Shown: in pieces, positions 11,501-23,055 of the stretch
How the letters are laid out: each line of letters begins with the position of its first letter
Numbering within the stretch: the stretch's first letter is position 1
Assembly (NCBI RefSeq): GCF_006345805.1
Contig: NC_043021.1
Location: 8,928,001-8,992,000 of the forward strand
Reading direction: 5' to 3'
From: Octopus sinensis
Taxonomy: Eukaryota
DNA length: 64,000 nt
Translations under genes and position numbers: made by a program
The notes under the pieces: model-generated
The model's input: the letters and a program-made list of their open reading frames with translations, nothing else
The model's database searches: none
What the model was told of the DNA's origin: nothing

Positions 11501-12885
11501 CAACGGCGAAGGACATTGAAACAAGTGGATTTTCCATTTTATTTGATAAAATTGCATGAATAGCTAAATATTTTTGACAGTGAAATCAAAATGGCAATGA
11601 ATAAATACAAAAACAACAACAACAACAACACGAACGACATCAACAAAGGCACAAAAGAGACTCCTCACACTCTTCTCATAAAAATACCCAAAAGAAAAGA
11701 AAAGAAAAGAAAAACAAAACTACAGAACAAAAAAAAGCGAAGTAATAGAATTTTGAAAAAAAAAAAAAATGGCGGATGGATAAAAACATTTTTGTTTTCT
11801 TCAAAATATGGAAATGGTGAAATGACTTCTAACTAACTGTGTTGAAAGATGTATAAGACTTGAGTAAAAGGCTTATAGCACAGCGACAACAACAGCTAAA
11901 ATAACCAGATTTCCAGCATGGAGAAGAAATAAAAATCGATACAGACAGAAATTACATCTTCAACACCGAACAAAAAGCGATTCTATCAGTAATTGAACGG
12001 CGAAGTAATGTTTAGTGCTTAGAAAATTCAACTATTTCTAGAGTGCAATCTAGATTAATAAAGACGTGGCGAATACGACGACAGCAAGCGAAATTAAACA
12101 TGGTTGCCAAAGCTTGCTCAAAGCTTTGTAGTTGTCGCCTTTTGCAGTCGTCGTTGTCGTTGTCGTCGTCGACGACAGGAAGGTTGGTAGTAGGGGCGGT
12201 GCCGGTGGCGTTGGCAGCGGCGTATTTGTCTTCGTTGATGTTTTATGTTGAAGAAAGGGGGGGGGTGAAGAGGAGGAGATCGAGAAGAAGTAAAGAAAGG
12301 AAGGAAGGAGGATGAAGAGAAGACATGATGAACAGCATTAACAGCAATGACGATGTCGACGACGATGATGGCGATGACGGCACGGCACGATTAGAACGAG
12401 ATATGAAAGGTTGATATAATGTTGGTTAGTTCAAGATCAGCCATGATCAAAGAAGACTATGACTACAGGCGTTCCAGCTGCGACCATCCAGTCTTTTTAG
12501 ACATAGTTTATCTCAGGCTCAATTACGCATGTCAACACTTTTTTTTAGGGCCAAAGTGACTTTCTTCGCTCTGATTCTGGAAACTAATTTTCGTGTTTCC
12601 CTAGAACGTATCTTTTTGCGGCCATGGGGGGGCACCGTCCTTGAAGAAATTCTAATCGAATGAATCCACACCAGTACTTACATATTTTCAAAGCCTGGTG
12701 ACTTATTCTATCGGAATATTTTACCGTACCGCTAAGTTACGGAAACGTAACCACACCAGCCTTGATTGTGAAGCAGTGGTGGGGGACAACACAGGCACAC
12801 ACACACAACACACACAAACACACACACACACACACACACACACAACACACACACACACACACACACACACGCATATATATACATA

Positions 12886-13803
12886 CGATTTTCAACCGTT
12901 TTTTTTTTATCTATGGATCCCTTTGATTACTTTTTTTTTTTATTCTAGTGGACCCCATAGTCATTCGAAGTTTAAAAATTAGTTTTATAGATACTTCTTA
13001 CAAAATACATATTTTGTCTTCCACACATTAACTTGTGTATGTTGAACTATGTAAAACGTTTAAGAAAGAATCTTACTGTTTCTTGCAATAAATACAACTA
13101 AGTCAAAATTTTTTCATGGACTCTTAATATACAACTGTGAGTCACCAATTTACCATTTATAAGTGTCTTCTACTATAGCCTCGGGCCGACCAAAGCCTTG
13201 TGAGTGGATTTAGTATATATGTATGTATATATGTATGTATATATGTATGTATGAAAAACAAAATACGTATTTTGTAAGAAGTATCTATAAAACTAAGTTT
13301 TAATCTTCGAATGACTATGGGGTCCACTAGAATAAAAAAAAGTAATCAAAGGTGCAGGAGTGGCTGTGTGGTAAGTAGCTTGCTAACCAACCACATGGTT
13401 CCGGGTTCAGTCCCACTGCGTGGCATCTTGGGCAAGTGTCTTCTGCTATAGCCCCGGGCCGACCAATGCCTTGTGAGTGGATTTGGTAGACGGAAACTGA
13501 AAGAAGCCCGTCGTATATATGTATGTATATATATATATGTGTGTGTGTGTATTTGTTTGTGTGTCTGTGTTTGTCCCCCTAGCATTGCTTGACAATCGAT
13601 GCTGGTGTGTTTACGTCCCCGTAACTTAGCGGTTCGGCAAAAGAGACCGATAGAATAAGTACTGGGCTTACAAAGAATAAGTCCCGGGGTCGATTTGCTC
13701 GACTAAAGACAGTGCTCCAGCATGGCCGCAATCAAATGACTGAAACAAGTAAAAGAGTAAAAGTGTAAAGGGGTCCATAGATAAAAAAAACGGTTGAAAA
13801 TCA
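12886..13803. mobile_element. hAT-like MITE with about 130-bp inverted arms; right arm interrupted by a SINE
   Basis: 12886-13017 is the reverse complement of 13257-13350 joined to 13768-13803. The ends GATTTTCAACC / GGTTGAAAATC resemble the CAGTGGTTCTCAAC-type hAT MITE end at 61383. Confidence 0.7.
13351..13765 (+). mobile_element. CORE-type SINE (family A), full length
   Basis: Complete head, body and GTAAAAGAGTAAAAG tail; splits the MITE arm at CAAAG^GGGTCC. Confidence 0.9.
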
Positions 13804-14039
13804 CGGGTTAGAATTAAAGGGTTTTATTTTAAAAATCTGACAGATCATTTACCCTAACATGGATAGCGAGTTAAATGATGAAACATTGTTCTTACATGTC
13901 CCCAAAGTGGGATCCATTCTGTTGAAGATGAAGTAAATATTGATGAAGTTGCTGATGTTGATGAGGCTTGTAGACTTTTTTCTGATTTTAATCATTTCCC
14001 GGTGGAAAAAAAAATATGTTAAATTATTTTCAGAGAAAA

Positions 14040-15000
14040 ACATTTGAGTGATTTTGTGCGGGAGTTACGACAGAGTTTCTCGCTGCTTGTGAAGAAGAAA
14101 ACCGCTTGGCTGAGTTGATACAGGAAGTGAAGTATTGATTTAAGAGATTATTTCAAAATGGCTGGTCCTCCTTCCAATTACTGTCATGACATTAATGGAT
14201 TTTTAGCAAGTTTGACTGAAAGGCATACTGTAAATGAATGGCGGTTTTTTTATAAACTCATCGCTACAAAGTTTAAAAGCTGCTTTATTGCATAATGGAA
14301 ATTTAAAACTATCTATTCCCATCACTCAATCAGTTAATTCAAAAGAATCTTACTTCAGCATCAAAAAAAATTTTTTAATACGATTCTATACAACAATCAC
14401 CAAAGAATTTTTGTGGAGATCTTAAAGTAATGTTTAATGGGTAAGAGGATTAACCAAGCACTGTTACTTTCTGTGTTTGTGCGACAGTGTCGCCATTGCA
14501 AAGTATTGTAACAGAAGAGAATGGTTAATCTGGTTTTCATATATTCATAGAAGAAATAATATTCAATCAGTTCCAAAAGAAAGCACTTCTACTACCTCTT
14601 CATGTCGAACTTTGCTTAATAAAAATATTTAAGGCAAGGACAAAAAAATATCGAAGACAATATAATTTTCTTTCAGAAATACTTTCACAATTAATCACTG
14701 CAAAAATTATGGAGAAGTTTTATAGGAATTCAAATCCGAGGGGTATTAAAGGATAACACTATTGCTGAAACACCTTCAGTACCTGAACTAAAAGCTTGTC
14801 ATGTTTTCATATGGACCCGTGCAATCATCGTTGGAAATTATAGATCTTCTTTCCGAAATGGGGTTTAAAAGACTAACGGAGGCTTTCAAAAATATAGCTT
14901 ATAGCATGTCAAGTAAATTACGTTTTTACATTTACACTTCTGTTTCTAGTCTGAAAACCTTAGAGTAAACTATGGCAAACAAGGAGAAGAAATATATATT
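14040..15000 (+). pseudogene. Degenerate DNA-transposon transposase, Chapaev(3)-like
   Basis: Frameshifted segments EWRFFINSSLQSLKAALLHNGN..SIPITQSVNSKESY, CGDLKV, TKHCYFLCLCDS and MSSKLRF..ENL..KQGE match the motif order of transposases with GDLKV/TKYxCFLCxWDSR/LHSHLDFF..GERFHQ. Family label from memory. Confidence 0.75.
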
Positions 15001-15365
15001 CATACAAGGTGGAAATCAACTCGTGACAGAATAAAACCACTTCTTAAACCCATCTCACTTCAAGAAACACCTCACATTTGGTTTTGCCATCGCTCACGAC
15101 GTCTCATGTGGTTCCAAAGGCCTGCAAGGGACTAACAAGTCGTTCCACAACGATTATAAGTTATTCCTCAAGCAGGACCCTACAATGCCGGGTGGGTTCA
15201 CTGGCTGACACAGATTCTGCTACATAATATACACCAGAGAACATGCTAGATATCACGTTGGTAGACGAGACAAGCTGACAATTTATGGAAGCTCTAAATC
15301 CTGGTGTTGATTTTCATTCTCGCGCTTCCAGAAAAGATGCATTTTCATAATTTTTGTATACTTAC

Positions 15366-15443
15366 TATGAGATGTAGCCTACTTCAGCAACCATTTTTTT
15401 TATCAGCTGCTCGTGATAATTAGTAGCTGACTCTGTGTCAACA
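15366..15443 (-). CDS. Candidate 78-nt internal exon (VDTESATNYHEQLIKKMVAEVGYIS)
   Basis: TTAATCTGCCAG| acceptor, |GTAAGTA donor, length divisible by 3, open in phase 2; no partner exons confirmed. Confidence 0.25.
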
Positions 15444-15984
15444 CTGGCAGATTAAGATTTTTTGTTGTGTAAAATTAAACGCTTCTTAAACCTTTAAAAC
15501 CAGCATTTACTCGATAGAAGATGTTTTTCATTATACGATTCACCTTCCTTTTTCTGCAAACCATGAGAAAAATTTTTGGATTTGGTTTTTAATTACCATC
15601 GTGATTATCGGCACGATAGTAATTATATCGGTAATTATGTTGTCTGAAACTCGATCCATTAACCCAAGAACCGTTTCATTTTAAGCATCGCGTTAGATCT
15701 ATGAAAAAATAGGGTTGGAGTAGGATATTTGACGTGATTTTTTCTTTCTCGTCAAATATCGTTTCGCTATAAATAATGTTGTAAACTTCACTGTTTTGGC
15801 AATGTGGCTGATTTTTCCTTCCGTATTGAGCCTTCTTGAAACATCAACCTTACTAACCATTGTAATCCTTTATTGGTTTTTTCGTACTACTGCCTTGGAT
15901 TGTACGTGGTGGTTTCTGTCTAGACATCTTACCGGGTTCATGGGCACTTTGCCTCTTGTACTTCTCACGTAAGCCATGTTTATT

Positions 15985-17188
15985 GATAGAAAAAAATATA
16001 GATTTTTAATTACTATATTTGTTGATTATAATTTATTTTTATATATTTATTATTTTATAATTATTATATCCGAACTAAAATCTAAAAATATTAAGAGTGA
16101 TTGTTTTGTAAATTAGTTTGGTAATTAAATATTAGAGTATAACTAGGTTAAAGATATTCTATAGTTTATTAATGTTTTTTTATTAAGTTAAATTATATCT
16201 TCACAGATAAATACATTTTTCTATCTATTTACTCTATTTTTTTACCTTAAATATGTAACATAATAAATGTATTGTTGGAAACTGATCCTAATGTTTTAAG
16301 TTTCAAATTTAGTTAATGGAATTTCTTCTATAAGAAAAATCATTATTTTATTTTTTTAATAAATATTGTTTAACTGTATTTGCTTATTTAATTAACTATT
16401 ATTGTTAACCTGAAGAGTGACTATAATTTTAAATTGAATTGATTTTCGATTAATTTTAAATTTAATTGTAATTCGAATTTAATTATAGCCATGAAACGTA
16501 CGTAGTTTTTTTACTTATATATTGATTATTCATTTTAAAACTTTTTGTGATCTAGTTATATAAAAATCTTTTTTATTTTTATTTATGATTTGGTTTATGT
16601 CTATCATTGTTTGAGTTGCATAATATTGGTTTTTTTCTCTAATTTATATTTTATATATTAATATATTTATATATATAAAATATAATAATATAAATAATAT
16701 ATAAATATATGCATATATATATATATATATTATATATATATATATTATATATATATATATATACATATATGTACATAACTACATCTATATGTATATATAT
16801 GGGTACAGGACATCAAAAAAACGTTGAACACAATGAGAAACGAAAACAAAAAACAAAGACATGGAAACGAACTTGTTTCAAACAACGAAGAAAACAAACA
16901 TAGAAACGAGACATACAACATAAAGAATATTCCCCTTCTTCAGTTGTCCCTGTTTTGGCTACTCCGCGTTACGAAGGTAAGGACAAAACGCGACTTCGTT
17001 GAAACAGTCCTTACCGCAAAGCAAATTAAATAAAATTTGGGATTTTTTGCGGAAGGGCAAATGTGGTAACAAGAGCAAGACAGTAAAAAATAATATATAT
17101 ATGTATATATATATATATGTGTGTGTGTGTGTATGCATGTATATATACCCATATATGCATGTATATATATATATATTATATATATATA

Positions 17189-17257
<69 letters not shown>

Positions 17258-17700
17258 TTGTGTGTATATGTATGTATATATACCCATATATGCATGTATA
17301 TATACATATAGATATAGGTATGTACATATATATATATATATATATCTTTTAGATTTATAAACAATTATAATTATGGTTTAGCAAAATTGCTTCACTACAT
17401 ACTCTGATTATGATTATGCTAAACCTTAATTATAATTATGTTAATAATTATGAAATTATTGTGCAAGTTCACCGATAATGGCTCTTTTAACATACCGAAT
17501 TACTTGGTCAGATTATTAATTATAAATTGATTAATTAATTTTACCCTTTATTATTAGTATTATATATATATATAATATATATAGATATAATATATGTAAA
17601 TATATATATAATATATATGTGTATATATAATATATAAATTTTCATGATGTGTCATATTTAGATACTTCTATTAAATTCATTCAGTTGTTAAACATAAATC
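15985..17700. other. Extremely AT-rich island interrupted by a dispersed repeat (about 16805-17090) and (TA)n tracts
   Basis: Visibly far more AT-rich than flanks, largely non-periodic, with several hairpins. Confidence 0.7.
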
Positions 17701-17749
17701 TTGGAATTAAATGGTTTTGATTTACTGTCACGTGACTTCTGGCCAACCC

Positions 17750-18570
17750 TGTACGTATGTATGCATGCAAGTATGTATGTATGTATGCATGCAAGTATGT
17801 ATGTACGTATGCATGTATGCATGCATGCATGTATGTATACATGTATGCATGTATGCATGTATGCATGTATGTATGCATGTATGTATGCATGCAAGTATGT
17901 ATGTATGTATGTATGCATGTATGTATGTATGTATGCAAGTATGTATCTATGCATGTATGTATGCATGTATGTATCTATGCATGTATGTATGCATGTATGT
18001 ATGTATGTATGTATGCAAGTATGTATGTATGTATGCATGTATGCATGTATGTATGTATGTATGTATGTATGCATGCATGTTTGTATGCATGTATGTATGC
18101 ATGTATGTATGTATGCATGTATGTATGCATGTATGTATGTATGTATGTATGTATGTATGTATGTATGCATGCAAGTATGTATGTATGCATGCAAGTATGT
18201 ATGTATGTATGTATGTATGTATGCATGCATGCAAGTATATATGTATGTATGCATGCAAGTATGTATGTATGCATGCATGCAAGTATATATGTATGTATGC
18301 AAGTATGTATGTATGTATGCATACATGCAAGTATGTATGCATGTATGTATGCATGCAAGTATGTATGTATGTATGTATGCATGCATGCAAGTATATATGT
18401 ATGTATGCATGCAAGTATGTATGTATGTATGCATGCAAGTATATATGTATGTATGCATGCATGCAAGTATATATGTATGTATGCATGCAAGTATGTATGT
18501 ATGTATGTATGTATGTATGCATGTATGTATGTATGTATGTATGTATGTATGTATGCATGTATGTACGTGT
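17750..18570. repeat. (TATG)n/(CATG)/(CAAG) variant tetranucleotide array
   Basis: Directly visible; source of the 170-295 aa artefact ORFs. Confidence 0.97.
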
Positions 18571-18760
18571 ATACTTTTCTCTTTGTGAGCTTTTATAATA
18601 TGTACAGTTCGTCCAAACGTAATAATCGCAATAATTAATCTCTGTTGTATGTAGATAATGTTATGTGCGTGTGTGTGTGTGTGCGTGCGTGCGTGCGAGT
18701 ATGTGTGTGTGTTTAATATTTCTATAATATGGAGGAGACAAGTCAGAAATTTGACAAAGT

Positions 18761-18766
18761 TTTATT
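18761..18766 (-). promoter_or_regulatory. Candidate polyadenylation signal AATAAA overlapping the cyclin double stop (TAATAA)
   Basis: Plus strand TTTATT at 18761-18766; minus reads GTT TAA TAA AAC. Confidence 0.4.
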
Positions 18767-19658
18767 AAACGTTTGAATAGTCAATCTGAGAAATACAGTT
18801 GTTTTCTTCTCCATAGTATCTCGCTTGCGCTGAACTATATTTCGTTTCTTTAGAAGCTGCTTTGAGTAACTCCAGCATACGCTTATGAAGAGATATTAAC
18901 TCCTTCTCTTCTCCAGTGTAAGGAGTTAGAATTGATAAATCAGAAAGCCATTCATGATGAAGCTTCAAAGCTATTATTCCTGTGTGGAGAGCAGCTGTCG
19001 CTATGAGGCTCGGTTTGTATTGAGATTTGACACAGATAATGTCATCATATTGCGATAGTTCTAATATATAATTGGTTATACAATACAAGTCGTGAGTCGC
19101 TTTTAATTTGAGAATAACCCGGAAGTAATTAAAGAAAGTGTAAGGAGTAATGATTAATTTCCTAATATTGAAATGTTCATAGATCAAACTGCGTATCTTT
19201 TTAAGCTTTTCTTTTGACGATTCGGGGTCGACGCTTGACACTAAATTCATAAGCTCCTGCGCATCAGAAGTTTTCCCTTTGTATACCATATCGAATGAAA
19301 CCGAGAGACAACTCGTCGCGATGCATTGCAGTTTTTTTAGGGGAATCCGAGGTAATTTTTTGCAAGACATGAATAAATCAAATAATGAAACAGCTAGGTA
19401 AAAGACTTCCTTAGAAGCCTTGTAACGATCGACGCAAGCTAACATCCAATTGATCAAAGTCAGACGATCATCTTTTCTGAAATCATGGCACTCGAAATAA
19501 TTCTTAGCTTTCTTCTGATGATTTTCAGCTTCATATAGAGCAGATAACTTGAGATTAACAAGATTAAGTGACATTGTTACTCCCATAAAATGTCCAAATT
19601 TCTTCAGCTTATTTTTTAAAGTTTCATCAAACGGTTGAAAACTCGGTTTAAGGTTCAC
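18765..19658 (-). CDS. Divergent cyclin A/B-type protein (cyclin N and C boxes) in one uninterrupted exon
   Basis: Aligns by eye without gaps at the anchors of the cyclin box: LYEAE..NYF, DRLTLINWM (MRAILVDWL), EVFYLAVSLFDLF (ETLHLAVNYIDRF), KLQCIAT (KLQLVGT), ITPYTF (PTxxxF), NYILELSQYD, QYKPSLIATAAL (YxPSxIAxAA), W..L...TPY, KYS..QARY. The track start is a GTG overlapping a TTTCAG acceptor; first ATG is at 19586. Confidence 0.92.
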   Translation of the reverse strand: MNLKPSFQPFDETLKNKLKKFGHFMGVTMSLNLVNLKLSALYEAENHQKKAKNYFECHDFRKDDRLTLINWMLACVDRYKASKEVFYLAVSLFDLFMSCKKLPRIPLKKLQCIATSCLSVSFDMVYKGKTSDAQELMNLVSSVDPESSKEKLKKIRSLIYEHFNIRKLIITPYTFFNYFRVILKLKATHDLYCITNYILELSQYDDIICVKSQYKPSLIATAALHTGIIALKLHHEWLSDLSILTPYTGEEKELISLHKRMLELLKAASKETKYSSAQARYYGEENNCISQIDYSNV

Positions 19659-19811
19659 TGAAAGCTCTTAACTGATTATATATTACAGAGTCTTTTATGA
19701 CGTAGTTGAAACGTGACAATTATTTTTACGGTGTGATAGTTTTTTTCTTTTTAAATAAAAACAAACTTCACTAAATTAATATTTCGATAATGAAACGAAA
19801 TTGTATTTTTT

Positions 19812-20392
19812 TATTTCTTATTTCTTTATTGCCCACAAGAGGATAAACATAGAGGGGACAAACAAGGACAGACAAACGGATTAAGTCGATTACATCGACT
19901 CCAGTGCGTAAATGGTACTTATTTAATCGACCTCGAAAGGATGAAAGGCAATGTCGACTTCGGCGGAATTTGAACCCAGAACGTAGCGGCAGGCGAAATA
20001 CCTATTTCTTTACTACCCACAAGGGGTTAAACATAGAGTGGACAAACAAGAACAGACAAACGGATAAAGTCGATTATATCGACCCCAGTGCGTAACTGGT
20101 ACTTATTTAATCGACCCTGAAAGGATGAAAGGCAAAGTCGACCTCGGTTGAATTTGAACTCAGAACGTAGCGGCAGCCGAAATACCTATTTCTTTACTAC
20201 CCACAAGGGGCTAAACATAGAGTGGACAAACAAGGACAGACAAACGGATTAAGTCGATTATATCGACTCCAGTGCGTAACTGGTACTTATTTAATCGACC
20301 CCGAAAGGATGAAAGGCAAAGTCGACCTCGGCGGAATTTGAACTCAGAACGTAGCGGCAGCCGAAATACCTATTTCTTTACTAATATAGAGC
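19812..20392 (-). mobile_element. Trimer of the 184-bp SINE body (family B)
   Basis: Three tandem units CCCACAAG...GAACTCAGAACGTAGCGGCAG...AAATACCTATTTC, immediately upstream of the cyclin. Confidence 0.88.
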
Positions 20393-20892
20393 CTTGGGCA
20401 AGTGCCTTCTACTATAGCCTCAGGCTGACTGTAGTCTTGTGAAAATATTTAGTGGACGGAAACTGAAAGAAGCCTGTTTTGCGTGTATATGTGCATGAGT
20501 GAGTGTGTGTGAGTGCGTGTGTCTTTGTGTCTGTGTACCCCCACCCCACCCCGTCTGACAACCGAGCATGGCTGCAGCCTAATGACTGAAACAAGTAAAA
20601 ATATAAAAGAAAAGAATATGGAGGTGCCTCGCTTTACAGCCACGTCACGTTACGAGATTTCGTGTTTACGGAAATAGTAGAGCACGACCATTAATTCATT
20701 TTTTTTCTTTTTCTGAAACATGTACAAGATCTCATATTTGATGGAAGGGTGTTATTCGATTACATCAACCCGGTACTTCACTAGTACTTTATTCGAACGC
20801 CTTTTAAAAGCCTGGTTTTCGGAATGAAATACATAACGTTATGAAGTAGCAGACCCCCATCAGTTGAAGTAGAAAGATTTAAATAAAAGTAA

Positions 20893-21057
20893 GGAGTGGC
20901 TGTGTGGTAAGTAGCTTGCTAACCAGCCACATGGTTCCGGGTTCAGTCCCACTGCGTGGCATCTTGGGCAAGTGTCTTCTGCTATAGCCCCGGGCCGACC
21001 AATGCCTTGTGAGTGGATTTGGTAGACGGAAACTGAAAGAAGCCTGTCGTATATATG

Positions 21058-21123
<66 letters not shown>

Positions 21124-21340
21124 TTGTGTGTCTGTGTTTGTCCCCCTAGCATTGCTTGACAACCGATGCTGGTGTGTTTACATCCCCGTCACTTAGCGGT
21201 TCGGCAAAAGAGACCGATAAGAATAAGTATTGGGCTTACAAAGAATAAGTCCCGGGGTCGATTTGCTCGACTAAAGGTGGTGCTCCAGCATGGCCGCAGT
21301 CAAATGACTGAAACAAGTAAGTAAAGTAAAGTAAAGTAAA
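20893..21340 (+). mobile_element. CORE-type SINE (family A), full length
   Basis: Head GGAGTGGCTGTGTGG through a (GTAAA)n tail. Confidence 0.9.
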
Positions 21341-22129
21341 GATTAAATTTCAACAGCATAATCGTAACATATACGTAAACCATAAATCACAACCTTAAAG
21401 CCTTAAGGGTACACTTTAACCCCGAACTGCAACAATAAAAACTTAGATGAATATCTGCCCTATAAACAGAGAGCTTTTGTTTTAAATTTGTTTATGACCG
21501 GAGTTAATATGATATTCTGTTACGTATCCACAATTGATTTCGCCCACTTTTGTGATCTCCATTTCCATAATCTTTATATTGACGCTTTCAAAGAAAATCA
21601 TTTCCTCTCTAGAGAACGAATATGTACTGCATAACCAGGGATATTAATCTACAAACTAGAATAATCTGAATTCAAGTTCTTAAATCCATTGAGACCCTGC
21701 TTAGAAGAAGAAAGATTGTACGAACAACTCACTATCAGATAGGTTTTTCAAGAATTATATAACGCTTCCTGAATGATAACTAGTGAAATGTTTACAAAAT
21801 ATTGGCGAGAAAAACTGACTTGTGAGGAGATAATATCTCACAGAATGTGTAAAAAGAAAAAATGGCTGCCGAAAAATATTCTTAGAGATACAAGTATCGG
21901 TTTCTAATTACTAAATACGAGCAAAACACCCACCGTCCAATGGACGGTGCTGAGTTGTCAAGAAGAAATAAAGATAGACTTTTTTTTCTGTTCCAAAGAA
22001 AAACGATTTTATTCACACAAATATGCAACCGAAGAGTTTAAAGTACCAGTAATGATAAGGCTGTTGACTGGGAGAACACAAACTTGGTTTAAACAGTAAG
22101 CTTGGCAGGAAGGAAACGTGCCTTTAAGC

Positions 22130-22372
22130 AGTACAAAAACAACAAAAAATGGAAGGTGCAGCTACGTACAGGTTGGTGGAAGAAAAGCAGGACAAAAACG
22201 GCTTTATCACCTGGAATCAATTTTTGTAATTTTTTCAAGACTTATACACGCCCTGATACCGTCGGTATCTACATATCAAATTTGAGCGCAATCGGATGGA
22301 GGATGCCCGAGATCCTAGAAGACACACACATAGACAGACAGAAAGGGTTTTATATAATAGATGAGAATAGAA
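22130..22372 (+). mobile_element. Possible non-autonomous Helitron-like element
   Basis: CAAATTTGAGCGCAATCGGATG...ACAGACAGA...TTATATAATAGAT resembles the layout of invertebrate non-autonomous rolling-circle elements (from memory only). Confidence 0.35.
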
Positions 22373-22394
22373 TAAAGAACGTATCACGTAATAG

Positions 22395-22730
22395 CAACGT
22401 TTTCATTACTAAAATAACTGGCGCTCTGTCGGTTATGGCGATAAGGGTTTCATTTGACCCCATCAACGGAACAGCTTTCTCGGGAAATTAACGTGCATGT
22501 GGCTGAGCACTCCACACACATACGTACCCTTAACGGGTACTCTACAAACACGCGTACTCTTAACAGTTTGACACAAGATGTGACAAGGCTGGCCCTTTGA
22601 AATACAGGTTGTACTCATTGTTGCCAGCTGAATGGACCGGAGCAACGTGAAATAAAGTGTCTTGCTCAAGGACGCAACGCGCGGCCGGGAATTGAACTCA
22701 CGATCTTACAAACGTGAGCCGAATACCCTA
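22395..22730 (-). mobile_element. tRNA-headed SINE related to 1040-1325
   Basis: GGGAATTGAACTCACGATC (B box on minus) near 22688-22706; shared body motif. Confidence 0.65.
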
Positions 22731-22819
22731 AATAAATAAATCAAACAATGTCACATACTCAAGGATTTTACTAGCTCTAATCACGAGCTAAGTCACAACT
22801 GTTATAAGTACGAGATAAA

Positions 22820-23055
22820 CCTATTTCTTTACTACCCACAAGGGGCTAAACACAGAGGGGACAAACAAGGACAGACAAACGGATCAAGTCAATTACACTG
22901 ACCCCAGTGCGTAACTGGTACTTAATTTATCGACCCCGAAAGGATGAAAGGTGAAGTCGACCTCGGCGGAATTTGAACTCAGAACGTAACGGCAGACGAA
23001 ATACGGCTACGCATTTCGTCCGGCGTGCGAACAATTCTGCCAGCTCGCCGCCTTA
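22820..23055 (-). mobile_element. Family B SINE monomer with head
   Basis: One 184-bp body plus the head GCATTTCGTCCGGCGTGCGAAC...GCCAGCTCGCCGCCTT. Confidence 0.85.

Noticed and set aside
15645-15815. Kinase subdomain XI-like peptide EKITSNILLQPYFFIDL on minus
   Set aside because: Only a vague resemblance, no other kinase motifs, and the subdomain X-like peptide lies in the wrong order.
16135-17490. Mitochondrial 12S/16S rRNA (NUMT) resemblance: AACTAGGTTAAAGATA, GTAACATAATAAATGTATTG, TGATTATGCTAAACCTT
   Set aside because: Matches are short and imperfect, their spacing is much shorter than in real 12S, and the 16S-like word is explained by a local hairpin arm. Kept only as a BLAST suggestion.
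19656-19658. GTG as the cyclin start codon
   Set aside because: Artefact of alternative-start ORF calling; in an animal the start is more likely ATG 19586 or an upstream exon spliced at the TTTCAG acceptor.
22102-22491. 129-aa ORF as a gene
   Set aside because: TTG start, spans two different repeat elements, and shows no recognisable domain.
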